DNA of 43,097 nucleotides, from the NCBI RefSeq assembly GCF_001194135.2, contig NC_068992.1:27557187-27600283 (forward strand), read 5' to 3'. The DNA is from Octopus bimaculoides (taxonomy: Eukaryota). Below, in pieces: positions 11,412-21,961 of the stretch (the stretch's first letter is position 1; every line of letters starts with the position of its first letter). A program made the position numbers and the translations under genes. Under the pieces are notes generated by a model that saw only the letters and a list, made by a program, of their open reading frames with translations, did no database searches and was not told where the DNA came from.

Positions 11412-12777
11412 CTGAAGAAGTATAACAAGAAACTAATTAATGTATGGTTAAATATCACAGACTGAGAAAATATATATTTTTATATTATATATGAACTGTA
11501 AAACATTTTATACTAAATTTAGACAACTTAAATACTGGACATATTAAAATTCTCTTTACACGACTTTCTCATGAATGATACATAGGAAAATGTCACCTAA
11601 AAAATTTACAAAGAAATATTTCAAAAATTTATGAGGTAAACTTGTCAATAAATTATTATAATTAATGTTACATGTAATGTATACTTAAGAAAATTATGTA
11701 AGCCTTGATAAATTTGAATATCAAGTTATTTATAGAGAAAATTCTGTTATAAATTTTATAATGGAATGTTGCGGCTCCAAAATACCTTCTTCAGCTTATC
11801 TGCTCTACTGAAACAATTGCAAGTTTATTTCAGCTAACCAATTGACATCAGCTACCTAACAAGCTGTAACTTGCAACTCATTTGTCTTTTTTCCCCCTTT
11901 TCTATTTGTCTATTTTCTTCCACTTTCAAACTAAAAGATATTTTGATTTTCTCACAAGATATAATACGAATTATATATTCTTAATTTCTCATTAATACCA
12001 GAAAATGTTTCAGAGATGAACAATATCTAAAACAACAAGGACCACATGATGCCAATTACTTCCATGCAGGGAAGAGTTTAATGCACCTGCAGATTTGAAC
12101 ATTAGCAATGACTGAAGGTTTTATTTAATGCCAACCAATATATTACAGCATATGATTATGTCTGTGCACTTAAGCAAGATACATAACTCTCTCTGTCACG
12201 GACAACTTGATTGACAAGAATTTTCCCTCCTACTTCCAAGTGGTGTAATTAATAAAAATCATCTTTATTATACTGTGTTTTTATCTAAGTTGTTAAAATT
12301 ACAATGTTTAGGCCATTCTACCCTTTGCCCTTCTTCAAGTGCCCCACATTCTCAAAATTTCAAACTGAAGCCTTTATTAAATCCACAAGTGTGTATTGTT
12401 CTCATCCATTGTTTATATCAGGCGTATATCCATATTAGTTACTCTTCTACTTGTGAAACCACTTGTATGTTCTGTTCGAACCAGAATATATATAATATGT
12501 ATATTGACTAATTGACCCAGGAATGACATCATGCTCACCAATAAACTGTAACACCTAATCAATGCTTACTTTTACTACCCACCTTGTTCCAGAAGATAAT
12601 TACATAACAGAAATAAAGAGCTTTAAACTTTCTTTTTTTTAAAAGTTGAAAGCTTAATATTTTTGTTTTCTTAACTAAAGATTCCTATATGGTGTTCATA
12701 TCTATGTTCAACCCACTGGGATTATCAAAATCCAACGTATTAGTAGATTCTTTCAGTCATCATATCTTCCAGTTTCC

Positions 12778-13097
12778 ATCATTATCATCATTCTTTAATG
12801 TCAGTTTTCCACACTGGCTTGGGTTGGATGGTTTGACCAGAGCTGGAAAGCAGGAGAACTGTGCCAGATTTCAGTTTGATTTAGCTTGCTTTATATAGCT
12901 GGATGCCCTTCCTAATGCCAAATACATTAGTGTGCTGGGTGCTTTTAATATGACACTGGCACAAGTGCTTTTCCATGGCACCAGCATGAGTGCTTTTTAC
13001 ATGGCACTGGTACAGGGCTCTTGAAAACCAATCCTCTTCATCAGCAGGAGTGGCATTAACTCTTCTGCTGTGGAGGACAGGACATCTTAAGTACAGT
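12778..13097 (-). mobile_element. RTE-type 3' UTR/tail, older subfamily with short internal tandem units
   Basis: Collinear with 28124-28465. Has an (ATC)-type tail and a GGATGCCCTTCCTAATGCCAA motif. Confidence 0.75.
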
Positions 13098-13854
13098 AGA
13101 AATTATTTTACAGACCTACAGTATTTATAACATTTGTAATATTTTATATTTCCAGACTTAAAGAGATTTACTTTTTATATATTTTTTTGACCGCCTTGCT
13201 TGCATGCAAAGGATGTTCCTTTTTTCTTCTTTTTTTTTATATAATTATTGACCTTTTTATTTTTTTTATTTTTTGACCCCCTACCAACTTGCCCAAATCA
13301 GCCAAGCTGCCAAAGGGCTTAATCTGATTTTTTATGCAATTTTTGAAATAAACAAAAATCGTTTTGTAATCTTATTGTAATCAATAAAAAAATATTCAAT
13401 GTAAATTGGATTAATAGATTTATTAATTATTTATTTATCATTAAGGTTAAAGATGCTAAAACTTATCTTGGTATAAGAATATCCTTGGCATGGGACAGTG
13501 GAATGATAACAATCTACCAATATGAGTTGATTAAAGTACACAGTCTAATATTCAGCAGAAGTTATTGAATCTGGACAGGCACCTAAAGGAGGCTGAAGAG
13601 TGCAATGGTCAAAATATGACAACTGAGAGGCATCAGGCAAAATATCCATTTTTATAATAATAAATCAGCATTTGTAAGATGCGATACATTTAGTAGCAAA
13701 CAATCTTTAACAAAAAAAAGAGTGACCTATCATAGTAAATTGCCCCTTTATTGAAAGTAGTATACTTAACAATAGCCATTTAGTTGGAAGTTTGTTCAGC
13801 CATAGTAAGCAATCTTTTTGTCTGGTAGCCAGGGAAAGAGTAACAGAAATTATC

Positions 13855-14390
13855 ACGAAGAACAGCTATGAAAAGAAGTGCTGATATCTAACTGTGGAGG
13901 GAATCTGTGGTAGAGGTAGACCCAGGAAGACATGGGACAAGGTGGTGAAGCATGATCTTTGAACGTTGGGCCTCACAGAGGAAATGACTAGTGACAAAGA
14001 CCTTTGGCAATATGCTGTGCTCGAGAAGACTCATCAAGCCAAGCGAAATCATAGTCATGGCCAATGCTGGCATCATGTAACTGGTACCCATGCCAGTGGC
14101 ATGTAAAAAGCACCATTCAAGCCTTGGGCCTCGTGAAAGCAATATGGCCAATGCCAGTGTCACATAACTGGCACCTGTACCAGTGGCACATAAAAAGCAC
14201 CGCTTGAGTGTTGGGCCTCAAGGAGGCAATGCAGCCAATGCCAATGTTATGTAACTGGCACCCATGTCTGTGCTATGTAAAAGCACCCATTACACTCTTG
14301 GAATGGTTGGCATTATGAAGGATATCCAGCTGTAGAAACCATGCCAAATCAGACTGGAGTCTGGTACAGCCCTTCAACTGTAATGATAAT
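13855..14390 (+). mobile_element. RTE LINE 3' end with three 87-bp tandem units in the 3' UTR
   Basis: Encodes TVEGICGRGRPRKTWDKVVKHDL*TLGLTEEMT, homologous to 1510-1620. Repeat units start at 14058, 14145 and 14232. Confidence 0.85.
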
Positions 14391-14441
14391 AATAAAAAGA
14401 ATGAGACCTGGATATTAGGTAAATACAGGAATTTATATATG

Positions 14442-14515
14442 TATAGTATAGGACAATCAGTAAGTTGTCATAATAGGACTCAGCATCATATTATGACAAC
14501 TTACTGATTGTGCTA

Positions 14516-14522
<7 letters not shown>
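14442..14522. repeat. Near-perfect hairpin (34-bp arms, 1 mismatch, 13-nt loop) abutting (TA)n
   Basis: 14442-14475 against 14489-14522. Confidence 0.95.
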
Positions 14523-14546
<24 letters not shown>

Positions 14547-14550
<4 letters not shown>

Positions 14551-15845
14551 CTTGCTGAGTCTGAGGGAAGGGACAGAGCTCATGACCTTTGCAGAACATT
14601 CAAGACAAGTGAGATTAATGCTCTGTTTAATACTTTAACATTTAAACCAGCCATATCCAGCTGAAATATTCTATTTTTATGTTCAGACTAGCCAGATCCA
14701 AGCTCTCACACCTACCCTACACAATGTCATTCTAAAAATAAACAATCACATCATCAAAATCTTGTAGCTTCAAGATAATGCATGATTAATTCAAGAACAC
14801 TTAATAAATAAATATTATATTTGACAAAGTAATCTGAATAGTAAAGAGTTAAACTGCTACAGGTCAACATCCACAGAAAAGACATAAGCAGGGATAAGAT
14901 TCCAAAGGGTCGATGTTCTGGGAAAGAAAGATTGGGTATGGTAGTTAATGACGGGTAAGAAGGATTAGACACAACTAGTGTAACAAGAGGTGGATAGATG
15001 AGTGGTTTGGAAGTGTTTGAGAGGTGGAGGTACAAAACCATCTAGTTCTGAAGAGCAAAGGTCAATATGGTAGTGATAGGGAAAAAGCAGACAGACAGAC
15101 AGACAGAGCATGCCTATGGACAGATGCTGGTGCTTGCTCATTAGTGATGGAAGGCCAATCAGCCAAATGGCCCTTCTCTGGATACAGTCCAGGATATCTG
15201 CATACAGCAGCAGCACCATCCCAGATGGGTGCAGACAACTCCATTATGGCCCTCACTTGTAGAATATCAACAGCTGATAGGAGCAGAAATATTTTCTGGT
15301 GTTAATGAGAAAGGTTAGTCTATGAATGCAGTTCTAGTCATGCTAAAAGCATGCTTTCTCTGAGAGTATCCTTGATGCTAGTGAGGCTCAGCATTTGAAA
15401 TAATTGTAAGGGTTCTAGCTGAGTACAACTCATATTTTGAGGGTTGTTTTGGTATTGTCTAGATATGAGAAGTGATTGAGTTTTTTCTATTGTTTAAAGA
15501 GATAAGGTTGGCATGACCTCATTGGAGGATGCTTACAAGGTTTCTATCTACAAAATTAATACAAATCTTATGAGCAGTGTCTAGGTTGCATGTGAATAAT
15601 GCATGGTTAAGGAAGGTTAGGGAAGAATGAAGAATCATGTTGCCTGCATAAGAGTGGGTATTGCTCAATGTGATAGTAAGTAGACCATTGATGTATAAAA
15701 GAATGAGACTGAGACACAGAACTGAACTTTGAGGAACATCAGAGTCGATTGAGATTGGGGGAGAGTTCAGTCAACATATGCTGCAATAGTGCCATCTGAT
15801 ACAAAGTAACCAAACCAAGAGATGGGTGAAGACTATAGGTGAGAA
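14547..15845 (-). mobile_element. 5'-truncated CR1/L2-group LINE remnant (second half of RT and C-terminus), interrupted by a MITE
   Basis: The minus strand gives DVPQSSVLCLSLILLYING and HSYAGN (decayed VPQGSVL and YADD), RAIMELSAPIWDGAA, LDCIQRRAIWLIG, SFFPRTSTLWN, and QF/KQSIN across the MITE site. Many stops and frameshifts. Confidence 0.85.
14631..14848. mobile_element. piggyBac-like MITE (~218 bp) with TTAA duplications
   Basis: TTAA at 14627-14630 and 14849-14852. The two ends read TACTTTAACATTTA and CTCTTTACTATTCA (degenerate TIRs). Removing the element and one TTAA restores the LINE frame CAG TTT AAA CAG AGC ATT AAT. Confidence 0.7.
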
Positions 15846-17200
15846 ATTTGGAAATTTTGATACTCTCTCATCTCTCATTCTCTCTCTATCACTCTTTCTT
15901 AATTACACACACAAACACACACACAAGTAAGCACATACTTTTTTGATAGAGGAGATTAAACAAAATATGATGAAACTATATAGAAAATCAGCTAATATAA
16001 TTTTGAGTAGAATAGAATGGATATATTTCAAATATTATTTCATCATAAAGACAAATTTTCAACTAATAAAAAAATTACTAATCAAAATATTAACAATGTT
16101 TACTTTTGTCAGAAAAGGAAAAGCATGATCTACCATGAGAGGTGAGAAGAGGGGAAATACCTAATACCTGAATGCTTGCTATAGTGTGGTCTTTACAAAA
16201 GCATTGTCACTGTCAGAAGTTTATGTAAGCCATGGGATAGAGCAATGTCAGTGGTTTAGGGTGTAGGAGAGAAAAGTATTAAGAGCATGCCCACAGGCAA
16301 AGTGACATGGATTGATGATAGGTTGTACAGGAGAAGCAGTTGAAGGTAGAGTGAACTAGACAAAAGTGGACCAATGTAGCCAGCTACATATAGACAATGT
16401 GATGGGTTAAAAGGGTTGAGTGAAGAGGATGGTGGCATGGCAGATGAAAACTAAACAGGTTCTGTAATACTGAGTAGCACAAAGAAGTGATGGGGAGTGG
16501 GTCAGAATAGATGTAGCATCATACTTAGTTACACTAACTGGAAGTAATGTAGAACAAACAGAAGAGATCCACTGCCATCCTCAGTCATACTGGAAAAAGG
16601 ACAATGAAAAATGAGAAGGTGGGGGAAGTGATTGAAAGATGAGCAAGAGATATGGGCAAAAGAAGACGACATATGGTGAACACAAGACAAGCAACAAAAG
16701 CAGGGTGAAAGGGGCATGTGTGATAGCAGTATGAGCACTAGATAGACAAATGAGAGAAAGAGATATATGATGTAAAGGATGAGAAACAGAGTGGTCAATG
16801 AGATATGTGTTAGAGGGGCGAGAAGCTAACAAGGATGTCAATGGTATATATAATTTCTTGGTTCTGAATGTAACCAACTCTATATATTTAACTGCTTTCA
16901 GAAATAAATGTACACTTTATTATAATGGCTTCAAGGAAGCTATATAATGTTGCATGAGCATTAGCTCTGAGTGCACGACTTCTTATAGCAGAAACAACTA
17001 TAAGCTAACGAAGGTAATTAAGTAACTTGTCTTTTGTCATTTATTAATTTTTATATACACAAACACACACAATAGAAGACATGTAGTTCTCTACATGAAG
17101 GGGTATATACAAATCTGTGTATGCTGTTCTGTTGAGTTATATCCCTTTATGCCAAAAGGTAACAAAGCTGTTCAATAAATAAAAATCAATGAAAAAACTA

Positions 17201-17296
17201 CTAGACCGAGATAAGTACTGGGCTTGATGTGATAGACTGAAAAAGACCTTGAAGGTAGACTCCAACAGTTCAATAGCTGAAACAAGTAAAAGAATA
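17201..17296 (+). mobile_element. SINE 3' fragment
   Basis: GATAAGTACTGGGC...CTGAAACAAGTAAAAGAATA, as at the end of 4917-5315. Confidence 0.55.
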
Positions 17297-18104
17297 CATA
17301 AACTATTTATCTAATAAGCTTCTAAAAATTACTGATGTGAACTTCACATTAAGAAAAAATGCAAATAAATTTATATGTTTGGATCACTGTAATATCCATT
17401 AGTGAGCATCAAATTTAAATGACACACTATGTGTTTCAAATGACCACAAACATTCCCTACTTCCTGTTGAATTATTCATGTTTTATGTTCTAATCAAATA
17501 ATAGGGATGTACAGCAATAATGTTCTGGCCTGATCAAAGATGACCTTTTCTACATTTATTGTCATAAAGAAATATCATTTTTATATAATCCTGAACCACA
17601 ACATGTGACATATACCAAAACAATAGTAGTTGAAGTTAACTCACAACTAGAATTCATGCATGAGTAGTTTGGCAAACAATTATAGATTTCCAAAGCTATG
17701 ATGCTCAATGATATTGAATTCATATAAACAAAATATTGTATTTTCTTTTAAACTCCCCAGTCAAACAAGTTCTGTATTGACTTATCGAGGTTTCTCTCTC
17801 AGCTGTGTTTAGAAGTGACTGGTTTTATTGAATTACTATCAATAAATGAATTGCAATAACCATAAAATGCATCACCTGAAAATTTTGAATAATACAGGAA
17901 AACATCCAGAACTTAGACCAAAATTGTGCATTCATGCAGAAAAAGGGTAAGAGTGGAATAAAGGTTTTCTTCAACCCTGAGCTATAAAAACAAAATATAT
18001 GAATGTGAACATCACAAAAATAAAGCGTAACAATAATCCAGAAATCCTGTTATTAAATTTATATTGGTTGTTAAAACCTCTTTTGTCAAGAATTTTTACA
18101 ATTA

Positions 18105-18320
18105 TCATCATCATTTAATGTTTGTCTGCCATGCTGGTATGGGTTGGATGGTTTGACAGGAGCTGGGAAGCAAAAGGACTGCACCAAGCCCCACTGTCTG
18201 TTTTGGAATGCTTTTCATAGCTGGATGTCCTTCATAACTCCAGCCACTTTACAGAGTGGACTGAATGCTTTTATGTGGCATCAACACCGGCAAGGTAACC
18301 AAGTAACTTGCAAGACAGTT
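18105..18320 (-). mobile_element. RTE-type 3' tail, older copy
   Basis: (ATC)n followed by TTTAATG..CCATGCTGGTATGGGTTGGATGGTTTGACAGG..GCTGGATGTCCTTC..CCACTTTACAGAGTG. Confidence 0.7.
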
Positions 18321-18475
18321 ATTGATATTCATTAAAAAAAGAGAATCCAATAAGACACATTTATCACAGCTGCCCATGTCATGTTTTACAGACTTTACAG
18401 TGATCACAGAATTAACCAGCAGTCATGATGTTGGCAGATCCCTGGCAAGAACCATCATGGTACAGGTAACTTTTT

Positions 18476-18510
<35 letters not shown>

Positions 18511-18529
18511 TAGATAGATAGACACAGCA

Positions 18530-19440
18530 TGTATATATACACAGCTGACATGGCGGACTGGAAGCCATCTGAATATTGGAAAAGAATTACTTGTATCAAG
18601 ATGTTTCATACCAGGTATCAACATGCTAACATCATGACTGCTGTTCTGTGCTCTGTGAACACTGTAAAATCTGTAAGACATTACATGGACAGCTACAATG
18701 GGGACAATGAAGCCATGGCCAAGAGAAAGAGGCACAACAGGCATTCTGACTGTGTCTGCAGACCGCAATTCATCCCTACATGTTTGAACAGGGTTTTAGG
18801 CTCAATTCAGATGGCTATGTGAAGCTGTTGGAGACTGATCAATCCCTATCTGGAAAGAATTGCTGCTGGAAGGTAATATGTATGGTAGTAGGATTTAGAT
18901 CCTTGCCATATGTCCAGAAAGAGTCAGAAGTGTCCAGAAAGAGTCAGAAAGTTCTACAACTTCACCAGCCTCAAGTTCTGGCTTCTTAATTTCTCCAATT
19001 GTAATCACAAGGATCACTATGTGTGGGGAAACAGTTGAGAAAAATACCATCTACTCTGTCTGCAACACCGAGGCTGAGCTGGTGGCCAAGAACAAAGAGA
19101 TGTTCAAAGACCTTCCAAGGGATGCAGTGAGGAGTATATGCACCACATTCTAGAACCATCTTGAGGCCTAATGCATAGGCTCAGGAACAGGAGGTGTAGG
19201 GGGTGCATTTGCACCCACTAAATTTTTTTGTGGGGGTGCAACGAAAATGCTTTGAACATCCTGAGTTGGACCTGGGTTTGCACCCCCTAAACAAATTTTG
19301 TTCCTGTACTTATGCCATTGTGGGAGCTGAGGGGGCTACTTTGAGTAAACAGTCATCCCTGAGTCATAACTCATGTTTTTTTTTCATTTTCTGTTGCGGA
19401 TATTGTGTTTCACTCTACTACAAACTGTCGAATTTAGTCT
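18530..19440 (+). mobile_element. Internally deleted Tc1/mariner transposon (maT/DD37D-like), pseudogenised
   Basis: The N-terminus MADWKPSEYWKR...KRKRHNRHSDC..PQFI is joined near 18772 to YMFEQGFRLNSDGYVKLLE..., a decayed W(PP)NSPDCN..DHYVWG, and LEAIVGAEG near the C-terminus. A 20-bp tandem duplication lies at 18911-18950. TIRs were not resolved. Confidence 0.8.
19174..19314. mobile_element. Small MITE (~141 bp) nested in the transposase pseudogene
   Basis: Terminal inverted repeats CATAGGCTCAGGAA and TTCCTGTACTTATG (11/14), with internal inverted GGGGTGCA/TGCACCCC motifs. It splits the host codons LEA/IVGAEG. The TSD is not cleanly resolved. hAT-like by inference only. Confidence 0.65.
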
Positions 19441-19443
19441 GAA

Positions 19444-19525
19444 GTGTGTGTGTGTGCGTGTGTGCATGCGTGTGTGCGTGCATGCGTGCGTGCATGCGTG
19501 TGTGCGTGCATGCATGCGTGCGTGA
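19444..19525. repeat. Compound (GT)/(GCAT) microsatellite
   Basis: Direct reading. Confidence 0.9.
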
Positions 19526-19764
19526 ATACATACATACAAATGTGTATGTTATGCATCGCATTGACATGTATATTCTTCTGAACACTCCTATAATCTTAGA
19601 TTTCTTAAAGTATCTTCAATTCATTTAATCTGAATTAAATTCACTACTTTTCCCCAAATCAGTCATGGATGTGTGTTCCCTGGTTCAATGATATGGCACC
19701 ATGACATGTGTGTTCCATGACATGTGTGTTCCCTGGTGCATGATATGGTACCATGACAAAGTGT

Positions 19765-20564
19765 CTTTTGCAATAGGGTCAGGTGACAGAGTACTTCCAA
19801 GTTCAGTTCCTGTAACTTGAGTAGCTTTTATGGTGAATATTCTTCTTTGAATTGTGTTTTGGCACTTCGTCTTTGTCCAACCACTATGCAGAATGCCTGC
19901 TATTGTTGAAAAGAATCCATTTTACCTCACACGTAACAATACGATGCAAAAATGGTTCACTTTTATGCTGTGATAGCAAAGAACAGCAAGTTTCAAGATG
20001 AAGTGTCATTCGATGCTTGTTCAATTCATGTGGTATCCATTGGTCCAGCTTCTTTACCATGCCAATTTGTTTCAGATAGTCCAATACAGTTGGAATCAAA
20101 ACATCAAACCTTGCTGCTAACTCACACATAGTTTCAGATGTATCTGCTTCCACTACAGTTTCCAGTTCATCATTATCCACCTTGGTCTCAGGTCTACCAT
20201 AGGGCTGATTTTCACAAATAAAGTCACCAGACCAAAACTTCTCAAACCAGCGATGTACAATGCGCTCATTCGCCACATCTTCACCAACATCTTATTGATG
20301 CTTTGAGCTGTCTGGGATGCATTGTTTCCATGATGGAACTCATCTTCATAAACAACACAATTTTTTTATTTACCCATGGGTTCACAAAAATTGATTTACA
20401 AGAGAAAACTCGCAATATAGTCAGACACCATGAATTGCATTTAGAAAAGTGATGCTGTAACTCTACATTGTTATAAAACAAAGAATTGTCAGGATAAAAC
20501 ATTAGAGTTAACAACTGTCATTCTTGGTGCATAAGAAAATCGAACTTTTCATTCTTAATGACCT

Positions 20565-20566
<2 letters not shown>
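19765..20566 (-). mobile_element. Mariner (DD34D-type) remnant: 5' TIR plus N-terminal half, deleted and 3'-truncated
   Basis: ORF 19884-20276 has RWFEKFWSGDF..E..GRPETKVDNDEL, GMVKKLDQWIPHEL and FLHRIVTCEVKW (decayed TCDEKW), then WLDKDEVPKH and a jump to KLQELNLEVLCH. The 5' end TCAGGTCATTAAGAATGAAAAG resembles the TIR of 26640-27211. Confidence 0.9.
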
Positions 20567-20567
<1 letters not shown>

Positions 20568-20602
<35 letters not shown>

Positions 20603-20675
20603 TGTACATGTGTACACATATTTACACATATATACACATATATATGTATGCATGTATATATGTATACACATATGC

Positions 20676-20723
<48 letters not shown>
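20568..20723. repeat. Compound TA/CA/GA microsatellite
   Basis: Direct reading. Confidence 0.9.
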
Positions 20724-20725
<2 letters not shown>

Positions 20726-21487
20726 CAATAAGAAAATAGAGGGGAATATGTGGTATTCATCAACTTGCAGACATTGTATTATGTCAATTTACCTGTTTAT
20801 TTTTTAACTAAGAGGACAATAATAACAATATACAAACACATGTGACATATCATGTCATATCCGTAATTAAAGTGACCGAAGATGGGACAATGACTTACAG
20901 CTGTTTCAGTCTAGAGGTGACATGCATCATTCTATCTATATAACTCCAGTAGGCTGAAGTAATTGATAGATGAAATAGGGGTACGTGTATGATTCCCTAG
21001 GCCTCTTCAGAGATTTTCTAAAGTTCATGAAGTTAATTTAAAATATCCAAATATAAACATATAAAAAAATCGCAATAACTCACATATATATGCATACTTT
21101 AACATATATAGATATACATAAATAAACATAAATACATGAATACATAAATGTACATTTAAATGTACATACATAAATGCCTATACATGCACACCAATGAGAA
21201 TCATACATGTACCTCTATTTTATCCATTTCATCTATCAATTGCTTTAGCCTACTGGAGTTATATAGATAGAATGAGGCATGTCACCTCTAGACTGAAACA
21301 GCTGTAAGTCATTGTCCCATCTTCGGTCACTAGATGTCCTTTTTAATTACGGATATGACATATGTCACATGTGTTTGTATATTGTTATTATTGTCCTCTT
21401 AGTTAAAAAAATAAACAGGTAAGTTGACACAATACAATGTCTGCAAGTTGATTAATATCACATATTCCCCTCCATTTTCTTATTGCT
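20724..21487. repeat. Fold-back element: ~270-290-bp inverted arms around a 202-bp spacer
   Basis: 20724-20995 is the reverse complement of 21198-21487, at over ~90% identity with three small indels by eye. Confidence 0.95.
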
Positions 21488-21670
21488 ATATAAATTAAGG
21501 GTAAAATATCCTTTTATCCACACCCATTTATTGCACTTGGTAATACACAGGAAAAATACTAGTGTAATAATAATTGGGTATCCTTCCGGCAGTATATTGG
21601 ATAGATATTATTCCTTAGTGGGTTGGATTCACAACCCCTAACTTTCTTGGATATATATACATATATATAT

Positions 21671-21809
21671 ATATAGCCTGAACAGGATAAACTACCCCTA
21701 TTTTGCAGAAAAAAAGTGTAGGTGGTTAGCTATGAGACTCAAGTCTCATAGCTAACCACCTACACTTTTTTCTGCAAAATAGGGGTAGTTTATCCTGTTC
21801 AGGCTATAT
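21671..21809. repeat. Near-perfect palindrome (69/68-bp arms, 2-nt loop) abutting (TA)n
   Basis: 21671-21739 against 21742-21809. The only difference is A7 versus T6. Confidence 0.95.
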
Positions 21810-21904
21810 TATTAGCATTATCCTGCGTTTGAGAATTTAAAATCACTTCTTTAACTTTCTAAGACATCTCAACACTTCTAAAAGCAAACTTCGTTTGTTT
21901 GTTT

Positions 21905-21925
21905 ATGTTTCTTGTAATTTGAATT

Positions 21926-21961
<36 letters not shown>

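Noticed and set aside
11786-11807. 22-nt minus-strand microexon candidate (RADKLKK) with CAG| and |GTATTT
   Set aside because: It ends in phase 0, which is incompatible with the TM frame of 11303-11411, and has no other support.
13575-13625. CTAAAGGAGGCTG...GGTCAAAAT resembling a decayed hammerhead or Penelope end
   Set aside because: The core nucleotides CUGANGA and GAAA are both broken.
16130-16880. Purine-rich stretch with minus-strand ORFs; possible very old Penelope GIY-YIG remnant (CLYVAGYIG, CHFACGH, HGLHK)
   Set aside because: Motif matches are too weak and need several frameshifts. A profile-HMM search would be required.
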